From an uncultured archaeon (lineage in GTDB: Archaea > Asgardarchaeota > Thorarchaeia > Thorarchaeales > Thorarchaeaceae): DNA of 64,000 nt. Shown in pieces: positions 49,900-59,795 of this stretch. The stretch lies in assembly GCA_964458565.1 (NCBI GenBank), contig CAYWJO010000001.1, forward strand, positions 160,001 to 224,000, read 5' to 3'. How positions within the stretch are numbered: the first letter of the stretch is position 1; every line of letters starts with the position of its first letter. The notes under the pieces were generated by a model that did no database searches, was not told where the DNA came from, and saw only the letters and a list, made by a program, of their open reading frames with translations. A program made the translations under genes and the position numbers.

Positions 49900-50880
49900 T
49901 TGCCAACCGAAGCCGCGAACATGGTTCGCGCTCTAGCTGACGAAATCCTTCTTGACACTGTCTTTAGTCTAGATAGACCAGTGAGTTGCGAAGGATTATC
50001 GTTTATTCCAATTGTTCAAAAAGAGCCAAATGAACACGACATGGAATACATTAATGCAGCACAAGCCATTGAAGAAGGAGTATTGGAACTCACTGAAATG
50101 GGCGATGCTGTAAACACAATATTAGCTCATAATCGAGGAACGATACCGATTGTAATTGAGGAAGCGGAGGTACTTTCCGCCCCTGGAAGTCAAGACAGGA
50201 TGGTTGTGGCTAGTGTAATACTACAACCAGGTAAGCGAAAGAGAATTCCAGTGAAATGCGTTCACGCACCTCATGGTCTTCGTCGAGGAATTGGATTGCA
50301 TACCATAGGGGCAGCGTCATATGGACTCCGAGAAAATATGAGAGTACAGAAATACAGCTCAATCATGACAGATGTGGAACATTATGTGCCTGAAACTGCA
50401 GTAGACCAATCAGTGATTTGGGATAGAGTAAAGGAATACTGCAAAGAAGTGGGTACCAAAGATCCCGACAAGTACATTGAAGCTCTCGAAACTTTAAGAA
50501 GTAAGGCGGAAGGGGATGCAAAGAAGGTAATAGATGGTATCCCAGATCGAACTAGTGGACTTGTTATATTAAGCGCTGAGGGAGAATTCATTTCATTTGA
50601 GATGTATAGAAACCATACATCGTTTTCGAAGAGAGTGGGATTCATTGAATCAATTCTTATGGAATATGGTAAGAAGGACACTCGTACTCTAGAAGAGGAA
50701 GCTGCCTATGCGAAAGCTGTGCAGATTCTGATGAACTTGAAAAAGATTAAACCTGAAGAAGTAATCTCACAAGAGGGGGCCGATAATATCCATATTGGAA
50801 CAGAGGAAATGAAAGGTGAAGCAGTTGTTGCGGAGAAAGACAAGATGCAACGTATACTATACTGCTCTTTTGGTAAATAG
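49900..50880 (+). CDS. ARPP-1/DUF6569-like protein
   Basis: V..I...N....P......E.....QDR...IPV.CV, Q..IW motifs; AGGAG RBS. Confidence 0.65.
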   Translation: MPTEAANMVRALADEILLDTVFSLDRPVSCEGLSFIPIVQKEPNEHDMEYINAAQAIEEGVLELTEMGDAVNTILAHNRGTIPIVIEEAEVLSAPGSQDRMVVASVILQPGKRKRIPVKCVHAPHGLRRGIGLHTIGAASYGLRENMRVQKYSSIMTDVEHYVPETAVDQSVIWDRVKEYCKEVGTKDPDKYIEALETLRSKAEGDAKKVIDGIPDRTSGLVILSAEGEFISFEMYRNHTSFSKRVGFIESILMEYGKKDTRTLEEEAAYAKAVQILMNLKKIKPEEVISQEGADNIHIGTEEMKGEAVVAEKDKMQRILYCSFGK

Positions 50881-50998
50881 CACAAGATCTGATCTATTAA
50901 CAACAGACAGCAGGGGAATCCATGTTCGTATATCGTTGTTCCCCTGATGTCAATAATGCTTATGAGAGAGTTTCTCCCTTCTCAAATACCCCTATGGA

Positions 50999-51670
50999 GT
51001 GATGAATATGGGAACCTTCTCAAGGATATTTGGTTCTGGGGATAAGAAATTACAAGAGCGAGCGAATAAAATCCTGTTTGACTTAAGTAAGGGATTACAG
51101 TCTGCAAGTGCAAAACTGCATGTTGCTGCTGAAGAGTGGCATGATGGTAATATCAAAGTTCTAGAGGAAATTAGGGATGAGATAATAGCTCTAGAGAGAA
51201 AAATGGATAGAAAGAAGGAAGAGTTGATTGAAGAGATTCTATGTCAACACGCTTATCTTCCACAACAGACAGAAGAAAGACACCAACTCATCAATTTGAT
51301 GGACAGTATTATTGATACTGCAGAACATGCTGTTCGGATTATGTGGACAGGGAGAAAATTCAAGCCTCCAAAAAGAATGGAATTATTGGCGGAGAAAGTC
51401 TGGTCTTGCACAGACTATCTCCAAGATGCTGTGAAATATCTCTACGGTGATTTCAAGAAATCAGTGGAAATTACTAGAAAGGTTGATGAATTACGTGAAG
51501 AGGCTAGAGATATGGAGTTCGAGTTGCTGGAGGAAGTATTCAATGAGGGAGATTACTCCGCTGCAGAAATTCAGTTGTTCGTTGAGGCAGCGCATTGGGT
51601 TACAAAGGTTGCAGTTCAATCTGAAGTTACAGGTGACTTCCTTAGAGAATTAGCTGTTAGGTACTCTTGA
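50999..51670 (+). CDS. DUF47 PhoU-like phosphate transport regulator
   Basis: E...D repeats in a helical protein immediately upstream of PiT. Confidence 0.8.
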   Translation: MMNMGTFSRIFGSGDKKLQERANKILFDLSKGLQSASAKLHVAAEEWHDGNIKVLEEIRDEIIALERKMDRKKEELIEEILCQHAYLPQQTEERHQLINLMDSIIDTAEHAVRIMWTGRKFKPPKRMELLAEKVWSCTDYLQDAVKYLYGDFKKSVEITRKVDELREEARDMEFELLEEVFNEGDYSAAEIQLFVEAAHWVTKVAVQSEVTGDFLRELAVRYS

Positions 51671-51686
51671 TTGGAGGAAATCCTCC

Positions 51687-52721
51687 TTGGAACTGTTCCT
51701 TCTCATCTTAATCCTATTTGTAGGTTTCATTGTAGCATTTGCTATCGGAGGTAATGATGAAGCCATGGCCCCTGCAGTGGGGGCAAGAGTGTTTACAATA
51801 ACTATGGCTGTTGTTATTGGTGGAATTGCTAGTATAATTGGTGCTTTAACCCTTGGAAGAGGGGTTTCTGAAAAAGTAGGTTCGGAAATGGTAGGCGGTA
51901 ATCAGTTGACAACCGCCATGGTATTCGCCGCTCTCATTTCTATGGCAATATGGTTGCTAATAGCCTCAGTTACAAAGGGACTACCAATAAGTACGACCCA
52001 ATGTATTGTGGGCGCTGTAGTGGGGGTTGTACTTGTCGCCCCATTTATAGGATTGGCAGGTTGGGGAGCTGAAACTATTTCTTGGTTAGTTATATTGGAG
52101 ATATTTGTTGGATGGATTATATCTCCAATAATCGGTTTCATCGGAGCCGCTTTAATATTCCAACTTGTGCGACTTCTTCAAAGGCGAGCTCCTGGTCTTG
52201 ACGCTCGTGAGAAACAGGAGAGAGTAGCAGCTTATGCACTTGCAGCTTTCCTAATATTCACCAGCCTCAGTCGAGGTGGTAATGATGTTGCTAATGCGGT
52301 AGCTCCACTCATAGTCCTACCTGAGTTCCAAGGATCCTTCATGATAGGTCCATTCTTGATTGACAATGTTATCATTCCTCTGCTAGTGGGAGGAGTAGGA
52401 ATGGCACTTGGTTTGATTGTTGTTGGTAGAAAGGTGATTCAAACATTAGCTACAGAAGTGACAACATTAACACCAACAACTGCTCTCGCAGCTAGTATTT
52501 CGGTATCTCTTGTAATGTTTGTGGGAACGTATATGGGTCTGCCATTAAGTGGAACGCATGTACTTGTGGCAGCTCTAATCGCTGTGGGATGGATAACTCA
52601 AGAACCAATCAAGATGAAACAGGTGAGAGATATCATTCTTAGCTGGGTTGTTACAGTCCCAATCTCTGCTATTTTCGGAGCAATTGTGTTAGTAATCATA
52701 AACCCATTTTTCCTAAATTAG
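51687..52721 (+). CDS. pit: Inorganic phosphate transporter (PiT family)
   Basis: GGND, PISTT, GGNDVAN, GLPLSGTH. Confidence 0.9.
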   Translation: MELFLLILILFVGFIVAFAIGGNDEAMAPAVGARVFTITMAVVIGGIASIIGALTLGRGVSEKVGSEMVGGNQLTTAMVFAALISMAIWLLIASVTKGLPISTTQCIVGAVVGVVLVAPFIGLAGWGAETISWLVILEIFVGWIISPIIGFIGAALIFQLVRLLQRRAPGLDAREKQERVAAYALAAFLIFTSLSRGGNDVANAVAPLIVLPEFQGSFMIGPFLIDNVIIPLLVGGVGMALGLIVVGRKVIQTLATEVTTLTPTTALAASISVSLVMFVGTYMGLPLSGTHVLVAALIAVGWITQEPIKMKQVRDIILSWVVTVPISAIFGAIVLVIINPFFLN

Positions 52722-52743
52722 GAACCAATTCAAAAATTGCAGA

Positions 52744-53541
52744 TTATTTGACCCAATCTGGAACTTGATGGATAATAATATGGTCCTTTGCTAGAGTAGC
52801 AAGTTGCTCTGCTTCTTCTCGTGACAAGTGTGCTCGTGTATCTGACTCCGGAATCGTTCGGTATGTTGACTCTATAAGAGCAAGATCAGCAGATTCCACG
52901 ATATTTTCAAGATTGGCACACATTCTGGTATCACCCGTGTATGCTACTATTGTATCACCAATAGTTACTCTATACCCAAGTGCAGGCTGCCAGACAATAT
53001 CACTCGTTGGCACATCTGAATCAAAATGTTCAACTTCGAATCCCTTCACTCTGAAAAAATCTGCATTAAATTCCACACCATCTTTCATTTCATGACACCG
53101 GATATCAAAAGGGATTGTGGACGGATGAAATTCACGAAACGATTCAATAATCCCCAACACTTCGATACTACCTTGAGGCATAATGATATCGAGGGGGGAT
53201 TTACGATGCAGCATACGGAGAAACCCAAGAAGCGAGTATAATCCGCCCATATGATCGAAGTGTCCATGTGTGATTGCAATCAGTGTAAGGTCCTCAACAG
53301 ATGAATTCGGAAGCTGTTGGAATAAATCACGTGTTGTACCATCACCCACATCAAGAAGCATCTTCTTACCTGTGAATTTGCTTTCAATCACAATCATAGT
53401 ACCAACACCTGCCACACTGAAGGGTACGGTTACAATCGTTTCGTCATTTGCCCAATTGGATGAGTACTCATTTTTAGAACTAGTCATAAACTGCACCTTC
53501 ACTGTATGTGATGATTTTGTTTCAATAATTCGCCTTTTCAT
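52744..53541 (-). CDS. MBL-fold hydrolase, RNase Z/PhnP-like (start may be 53487)
   Basis: LDVGDG, THGHFDH, YTGDT, EST, HL. Confidence 0.8.
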   Translation of the reverse strand: MKRRIIETKSSHTVKVQFMTSSKNEYSSNWANDETIVTVPFSVAGVGTMIVIESKFTGKKMLLDVGDGTTRDLFQQLPNSSVEDLTLIAITHGHFDHMGGLYSLLGFLRMLHRKSPLDIIMPQGSIEVLGIIESFREFHPSTIPFDIRCHEMKDGVEFNADFFRVKGFEVEHFDSDVPTSDIVWQPALGYRVTIGDTIVAYTGDTRMCANLENIVESADLALIESTYRTIPESDTRAHLSREEAEQLATLAKDHIIIHQVPDWVK

Positions 53542-53552
53542 AAAAAATCATT

Positions 53553-53594
53553 GGAAAAAGAAAGGATTGTGCGGCAAAAATTCATAGCCGCACA
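53553..53594 (-). terminator. Hairpin plus pyrimidine tract
   Basis: TGTGCGGC...GCCGCACA followed by a T-rich run on the minus strand. Confidence 0.55.
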
Positions 53595-53602
53595 TCATGG
53601 GA

Positions 53603-54817
53603 CTAGTCATAACCCAACTTGGGTACACGAGCAAGCCAGTTCATGAGATATCCAATTAGAACTGATACTACCAGTCCAGCTGCAGTTATTAGAAGAACAT
53701 CGATTAAAGATGGAGTCTGTCCACCTATAAGCTGCATCCAACTGAAGTATGTAGCTGATAAGGTCATACCAGAGAATGCAACCTTCTTGAGCGGAATTTT
53801 CACGGTCTTAGTCTGGAAAACATCCATGTCAACCAGTGCTGCTGCTAATGCTCCTCCTTTGTCTGGTTTTAATTTTAGCTGCTTCGAGAATTTCCCAACA
53901 GTCACCTTGGACTTGGGTTTGACAACCTGAAGTGCTTTTGGCGCAAACTGTGCTATGTCTTCAGAGAAATAGGCCACAGCGGCATCTTTACTTATATTGC
54001 ATTTTGAGCATTGAGGTGCACCTGATTTCCAGTTCTTACCACATTTAGGACATTTTTTAGCATCCCAAGACTGCCTTGCAGCAGTTTCCACTCTCTTTAA
54101 CAATTCATCTTTGCTTATCGTTTCACTCTCACTCTTCTTCTTTGGTTTTCTTCTCAAAACCGCTTCTGGTGGAAGGATACCAACGTCCGAACCTCTTTTC
54201 GCACCACGCATCTTTCTAGCCGCAAAAATACCTCTCTGGAACTCGTCAAGAGAAAGCAATAGTGAGAACACTGCCATTACTGTAAATCCCACTGTGATTA
54301 GACCAGGAATTGTTGTGAGTGCAGCTGTCCCCTGAGGACCAAGTAAAACCACGAAATCCTCTGAAACAACGGTACTATTTGTGAATCCTTCCAAGGTGTA
54401 GTTGAATGAGAAAATTCCTGTTAGAGAACCACCGAGCATCCCTAAACCACCAGTGTCAAGGAAAGCACTCAGATCAAGAGCCTGGGATTGGTTGAACGAT
54501 TGTCCTGCAAGGAAATCAGCCCCAATTGGATACTCTTGAACAGGAAACGGGAATCCCATGTATATCAATTGAAATGAAATAGATGAGAGATGGAGATTAT
54601 TTGCAGCCTCAACTTCAAAATAGAAATCAGGACTTGTCAAAATTGGAATAGGGTCTGTAACCCCAACAACTGATTCATTGTTGAGTTCCATCTTAATGTA
54701 GAGGTTTTCATCCCCACCCCATCCGGGTGGTTGTGCATGAACAGGGGCAATATAAGGAGCCCATAGAATACAAGTGATTAATGTAATAACAATGAAATGA
54801 GTTAGCGTCTTTCGCAT
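53603..54817 (-). CDS. Membrane protein with extracellular domain and cytoplasmic double zinc ribbon
   Basis: Signal peptide, TM helices, CPKC...CSKC. Confidence 0.65.
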   Translation of the reverse strand: MRKTLTHFIVITLITCILWAPYIAPVHAQPPGWGGDENLYIKMELNNESVVGVTDPIPILTSPDFYFEVEAANNLHLSSISFQLIYMGFPFPVQEYPIGADFLAGQSFNQSQALDLSAFLDTGGLGMLGGSLTGIFSFNYTLEGFTNSTVVSEDFVVLLGPQGTAALTTIPGLITVGFTVMAVFSLLLSLDEFQRGIFAARKMRGAKRGSDVGILPPEAVLRRKPKKKSESETISKDELLKRVETAARQSWDAKKCPKCGKNWKSGAPQCSKCNISKDAAVAYFSEDIAQFAPKALQVVKPKSKVTVGKFSKQLKLKPDKGGALAAALVDMDVFQTKTVKIPLKKVAFSGMTLSATYFSWMQLIGGQTPSLIDVLLITAAGLVVSVLIGYLMNWLARVPKLGYD

Positions 54818-54903
54818 TCTTATCCCTCTGAAATCATTCGATTGACAGCAATACTCGAAGGTACTTATGAATGCTTTTGGAGACAATACCATTCATGAAA
54901 TCA

Positions 54904-55269
54904 CTATTCAGAATCCATAAAGCTTTTCAACTGACGTTCAAATTCCTTTTCTTCTTCCTCTGGATCAAAAAGGATGTGTGACTTCTTGGAAGTCTTTTGA
55001 ATAGGGGCCCAGTTGATAATTTCACCAAAGATAATACCAGCAGTATTGGCGATGATAGCAAGAAGGATACCATAGTCACCGGGATCAACGATTGCAACCA
55101 ACATCAATGAAATGATTATGCCTCCAATAACACCTACAACAAGACCTAGTCCAATACGGTCAATCAATCTAAGACTTCTCGTACCTCCAATCAGGTACCC
55201 TAGCATTATTCCCAGGAATATTCCGGGTAATGCATATACTATTAGTTGCCAGTAATCTAGGCCTTGCAT
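54904..55269 (-). CDS. Small three-TM membrane protein
   Basis: Gly-rich hydrophobic helices, acidic tail, GAGG RBS. Confidence 0.65.
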   Translation of the reverse strand: MQGLDYWQLIVYALPGIFLGIMLGYLIGGTRSLRLIDRIGLGLVVGVIGGIIISLMLVAIVDPGDYGILLAIIANTAGIIFGEIINWAPIQKTSKKSHILFDPEEEEKEFERQLKSFMDSE

Positions 55270-55325
55270 AGGTAGACCTCGTTGATACTTGGAATATAAT
55301 CAGAATTCAAGCTATTTTAATTTGA

Positions 55326-55874
55326 TTACCAATTATTCCAGTGAACGATTTCATCAAGTGGTTTTCGCGGAGTTCTGGTCTTCTCTCGTTCTTGGTTTCT
55401 CTCTGAGAGAAAAGTGGGTTCGCCTTCAAATTCGTAACCGAAGAAAACCACGGTGCCGATTCGGAAATCAGATGGAATGCCAGTTATACCCCTAAGTTTT
55501 TCTTCATCCCATCCCGCAGTAGGATGACCCATGAGTCCAACATGAACTGCTTGAAGTAACATATTCTGAACAGATAATCCAACATCCATCATGAAATAAG
55601 GTAGTCCATGAGAGGGACAACCTCCATCTGGATGAGCTGCCACAATAATCATCACTGGGGCACGCTCAGCCCAAGCATTACCCCCTGACATTGCTTCATT
55701 AGCTTTCTTGCGCGTTTCAGAGTCCTTTATGACAATAAAATGCCACGCTTGCGTATTTCCACATGATGGTGCACGTCGACCTGCCTCAAGAATTGTTTGA
55801 AGAAGGTCATCGGGGATCTCTTTAGTATCATAAGCTCTACCGCTACGTCTTTTTTCGACAACATCTAGTAACAA
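55326..55874 (-). CDS. Nitroreductase family protein
   Basis: RRSGR, APS..N.Q.W.F, D.G...QN..L.A. Confidence 0.88.
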   Translation of the reverse strand: MLLDVVEKRRSGRAYDTKEIPDDLLQTILEAGRRAPSCGNTQAWHFIVIKDSETRKKANEAMSGGNAWAERAPVMIIVAAHPDGGCPSHGLPYFMMDVGLSVQNMLLQAVHVGLMGHPTAGWDEEKLRGITGIPSDFRIGTVVFFGYEFEGEPTFLSERNQEREKTRTPRKPLDEIVHWNNW

Positions 55875-55902
55875 TGAGTTTCCTCCAAAATACAGTCCTT
55901 TG

Positions 55903-56070
55903 TTATGTTTCTACCCTCATAACTGCTCCGCAGTGTTCAGGAATGTCCTGAAAACCACACCCCTTCCCCATCCAACAGACAAGTTGTGTGCCTTCTTGAT
56001 GCATCTCTTTTCCACAATGAACAGGTATGGGAGTCTCGTGATTACACTTGATACAAACTAATTTTGCCAT
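55903..56070 (-). CDS. 55-aa Cys/His metal-binding protein (not in the ORF track)
   Basis: MAKLVCIKCNHETPIPVHCGKEMHQEGTQLVCWMGKGCGFQDIPEHCGAVMRVET; AGGAG RBS. Confidence 0.8.
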   Translation of the reverse strand: MAKLVCIKCNHETPIPVHCGKEMHQEGTQLVCWMGKGCGFQDIPEHCGAVMRVET

Positions 56071-56139
56071 GTATTTTCTCTCCTTATTCCAACAATAATT
56101 GTAATTAACTATATTTAATAATTCCGTTCTGGGATATAT

Positions 56140-57399
56140 TTATGATTTCATGTATTTTGCAGGATCTTCACTGAAAATCTTCTCTGAGGTCTTATGGGCA
56201 CCGGGTGTATCCAATTCAACATCACGCTTGTCCGACCCATCATCCGAGAGCATTTCTGTGAAGACCTCATTCTGAATTATTAGACGCTGAACCTCGTTGC
56301 TTCCAGTCCATATCGTTGCAAGTCTTGCATCCCTGAATAGGCGTTCAATTGGATAAACATCTGTATAACCAATTCCACCAAGGATTTGCATTGCCTCGCT
56401 GACAACTTGAAGACCTGCTTCTGTGCAGAACACTTTGGCCTGAGATACTTCTTTTCTACACCAGGCACCGGTGTCTGCAACCTTTGCAGCTCTATACACA
56501 ATGCCTCTGCTGGCATCAAGAAGTGTAGCACAGTCCGCAACTTTGAAGCTTATTCCTTCAAATCGTCTTATGGGGCGTCCGAATGCCTCTCTCTTGTCAG
56601 CGTATCGTACTGCTATCTCAAGTGCTGCTCGACCCATCCCAATCGGGCCTGCTGCTGATGTAAGACGTTCTGGAACCATCATCGCGTTAAATACATCGTT
56701 ACCTTCATGCAGTTCACCGACTAATCTCTCGGAAGACACTTCTAAGTCCTTGAATACAATTCTTGCAGCCCCCATTCCTCTACAACCCATAAGCTCATAC
56801 TCTTCCTCTACCTTCACACCATCATCACGTTCAACCAGGAAAGCACTCAGGGATTTGTGTGGTGGACCATCAAAGCCAGTCTTTGCATAGACTAAGAAAT
56901 AATCTGCACCGATGCCCCCTGCAACAAATCGTTTTTCGCCATTGATTATAAATGAGTCACCCTCTCCTATTGCGGTTGTGTTTGTTCCAAAGAAATCAGA
57001 CCCACCTCTGGGTTCAGTAAGTCCTTCTCCACATATTTTCTCTCCTTTTAGAGTAGGGAGGAGATACTTCTTTTTCTGTGCTTCACTCCCATACTTGTTG
57101 ATACCTTCACCGACTATACTTGGAAGCGAGTATGCACACCCCAGTGCTATACCAAGAACCCCAATCTCTTCAATGGCAAGCATCTCAGAAACCCACCCAA
57201 GATCTCGACCTCCATATTCCCTGGGAAAACGCAATCCAAGTAAGTTTGATTCTCCTGCAGCCCTCACAAATTCATATGGATATTCCTTTTCTTTTCCATC
57301 CATTTTAATGAGAAGTGAAGGGTCTACTTTGTTTTTTACAAAAGCCCTTATTTCATCACGAAGTTGTTTCTCTTCGTCAGTGAGTATAACATCAAACAA
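56140..57399 (-). CDS. Acyl-CoA dehydrogenase
   Basis: LTEPRGGSD, NGEKRF, R.AFG.PI, QILGGIGY, IWTGSNEVQR. Confidence 0.92.
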   Translation of the reverse strand: MFDVILTDEEKQLRDEIRAFVKNKVDPSLLIKMDGKEKEYPYEFVRAAGESNLLGLRFPREYGGRDLGWVSEMLAIEEIGVLGIALGCAYSLPSIVGEGINKYGSEAQKKKYLLPTLKGEKICGEGLTEPRGGSDFFGTNTTAIGEGDSFIINGEKRFVAGGIGADYFLVYAKTGFDGPPHKSLSAFLVERDDGVKVEEEYELMGCRGMGAARIVFKDLEVSSERLVGELHEGNDVFNAMMVPERLTSAAGPIGMGRAALEIAVRYADKREAFGRPIRRFEGISFKVADCATLLDASRGIVYRAAKVADTGAWCRKEVSQAKVFCTEAGLQVVSEAMQILGGIGYTDVYPIERLFRDARLATIWTGSNEVQRLIIQNEVFTEMLSDDGSDKRDVELDTPGAHKTSEKIFSEDPAKYMKS

Positions 57400-57466
57400 T
57401 TACCTAACCTCAAGGAAAAAATGATGAACCCATGTAAAGAGTCTTACGAGAACTGCGAAAGGTGCT

Positions 57467-57793
57467 CTAACCAAGTAAGGAGTCAAGTGTTTCCTCTGAT
57501 CCTCCAGACCTAACAACATGAAGTGCTTCAGTTGGGCAAACTAATTCGCAAGCTAAACAAAGAATACATTCACTCTCTCGTACCGGGTCGACAATTCGTG
57601 ATTTATTATGTAGGTAAGGTGCAAAGACCTTTGTTGGACATACGCTGACACATTTCATACATCCATTACATAATTCGAAGTCCACTCCAACCGTGGTCCC
57701 GTGAATTATGTGGCTTCCTTTCATCCAGATGTCATGATCGCGATGAGTCCCAGTTTTTGACCATCTTGATCGATATTCCTTATCGATAGGCAC
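57467..57793 (-). CDS. 2x4Fe-4S ferredoxin (GTG start inferred)
   Basis: CNGCMKCVSVCP, CILCLACELVCP. Confidence 0.8.
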   Translation of the reverse strand: MPIDKEYRSRWSKTGTHRDHDIWMKGSHIIHGTTVGVDFELCNGCMKCVSVCPTKVFAPYLHNKSRIVDPVRESECILCLACELVCPTEALHVVRSGGSEETLDSLLG

Positions 57794-57830
57794 ATTTTTG
57801 CAACTGTATTTCTGATTTATAGAATCTTTG

Positions 57831-58280
57831 CTATTCTGGTTTGAAATCACCTAAACGATTCTCACCCTCAAACTTTTGTAATGGAGTGAGATTAATAGTT
57901 GTTTCGAGCACTCCGAGATAATTATCGTTATCATCCCGAATTGCAATGTATCTTATGAGAAGCTTACGCGGTTCATCTCCATCGGGAAGATTCATCCAGA
58001 AATCAATATGGTCTTTTTTCCCGCTACGAAGTGCATCAATGACCTGTTCCACCTTATCAATACTATCACCAGGATGACAGAGTTTCACATTCCTTCCTAG
58101 AACAGCGGGACCCCGTTTAAATATCCGAACTCCATGCCTATTCCAAAAAAGTACTTTATCATCAGCATCGATAATTGAAAACTCGATAGGCATAAAATCA
58201 AGAACTGTGGACAGAAAATCAACATTCATCCCTTTAAGACGGTCCAAGAGAAATTCATTCTTCAAATTATTCAGCTCCAT
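57831..58280 (-). CDS. Stand-alone PAS domain protein (PAS_10/DUF438-like)
   Basis: IFKR....GR.V..CHP, IRD....YLG.LE. Confidence 0.8.
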   Translation of the reverse strand: MELNNLKNEFLLDRLKGMNVDFLSTVLDFMPIEFSIIDADDKVLFWNRHGVRIFKRGPAVLGRNVKLCHPGDSIDKVEQVIDALRSGKKDHIDFWMNLPDGDEPRKLLIRYIAIRDDNDNYLGVLETTINLTPLQKFEGENRLGDFKPE

Positions 58281-58424
58281 TGTAATACTAGATAAATGGA
58301 GAACTAGTTAATCGTTTTGTAAACTGTTTATTTCAGTTGACGGAACAGTATAATCCGCTTCCGATAGATTAATTCCGAACGTGGAGGCTTCCAGCAAGAG
58401 CCATCCTCTCAGGGAGCAGATTAC

Positions 58425-59795
58425 ATGTCCATAATTGTAGAAGGTTGCAAGCCTACCGAATGTCAGATGGAGTGTATACTTGCATGTCAAAGAATTCATG
58501 AAGAAGATGCTCCTCTTTCATTTGATGAAAGAACAAAGAGACCCATAATTCAAAATGGTTCATGTACACAGTGCCTTGGATGTATTCGAGCGTGCCCATT
58601 TGATGCTATAAGGCTTCATCAAATTCCAGAAAGTAGCGTTACTAAACGAGAAGAGAGAACCTTTGTACAATCGTCAGAGAAACCCTACAATGTGCATGCA
58701 TCATATCAACCAATATCGGAACGTAACATCATTTTTGCGAGAGTGCATTATGACTCCGATTTCTCAAACTATGGGAAGTATATATATTCAAAAGGGCCTG
58801 AAATGGTAGAAAAAGGGATTCCAGGTTACACGAGATTTGAGTTCGAATTGGGTCAAGCTGCTTGGAAACTCTATACTAATCGTTATCTTTTAAATCAGGA
58901 TGTCCAGGATCGAGACCTTGAAACAATATCCAAGACATGGAAGGGACGCGCAAACAGGAGTACCCTAACAAAGTTAGTGAAACGAGCTGCAAGGTTTTTT
59001 GGAGCGAGTCTAGTAGGAATTGCAGATCTTGACCTTCGATGGTTATACACAGCCAATAGACAAGAGGAGCCATATGATATCCCTGAATCTGTGAATCGTG
59101 CAATTGTGATTGCAGTAGAGATGGATTACGATGATATTAGTACATCACCTGCAATGCTGAGTTCTTCTGCATCAGTCCGTGGTTATTCTCAAATGGCATA
59201 CATTGAGATTGAACTAGCTGCGTATATCGAACGACTCGGGTACAAGGCAATAACGTGTGGTAATGAAGTTGCCCTTAGTGTCCCGCTTGCCATAGATGCG
59301 GGCCTTGGTCAATACGGAAGACATGGCCTTTTAATAACAAAGGAGTTTGGTCCAAGAGTCCGGATTGCCAAGATATTAACTGATATGCCACTCTTAATAG
59401 ATCAAGTAGACAACAAGTTTTGTGAATCAGTCATTCGGTTCTGTGAAACCTGTGAGAAATGTGCATCCACATGTCCCTCACAATCAATACCCTATGGACG
59501 GGAAAGAACATGGGATGGGACATCAATATCAAATAATCCTGGAATCGAAAAATGGTATGTTGATGTCGAATCGTGCTATGAGTTTTGGGTTGAAAACGGT
59601 GGTGATTGTTCAAATTGCATACGTTCCTGTCCATACAATAAGCGTAATGACTTCTTCACAAGGAAACTACATAGTATGATACTCTGGTTTACGCAGAATC
59701 TCCCATTCATGAATCGTTTAATCGTGAAATTCGATGATATCATGGGGTTTGGAAGACAGCGAAACTCCGCAAAGCTATGGAAAAAGTACGACTAG
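58425..59795 (+). CDS. rdhA: Reductive dehalogenase-like cobalamin/Fe-S protein with extra N-terminal Fe-S domain
   Basis: ARFFGASLVGI, AGLGQYGRHG...FGPRVR, CETCEKCASTCP, C..FW...CSNCIRSCP; no TAT signal. Confidence 0.8.
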   Translation: MSIIVEGCKPTECQMECILACQRIHEEDAPLSFDERTKRPIIQNGSCTQCLGCIRACPFDAIRLHQIPESSVTKREERTFVQSSEKPYNVHASYQPISERNIIFARVHYDSDFSNYGKYIYSKGPEMVEKGIPGYTRFEFELGQAAWKLYTNRYLLNQDVQDRDLETISKTWKGRANRSTLTKLVKRAARFFGASLVGIADLDLRWLYTANRQEEPYDIPESVNRAIVIAVEMDYDDISTSPAMLSSSASVRGYSQMAYIEIELAAYIERLGYKAITCGNEVALSVPLAIDAGLGQYGRHGLLITKEFGPRVRIAKILTDMPLLIDQVDNKFCESVIRFCETCEKCASTCPSQSIPYGRERTWDGTSISNNPGIEKWYVDVESCYEFWVENGGDCSNCIRSCPYNKRNDFFTRKLHSMILWFTQNLPFMNRLIVKFDDIMGFGRQRNSAKLWKKYD

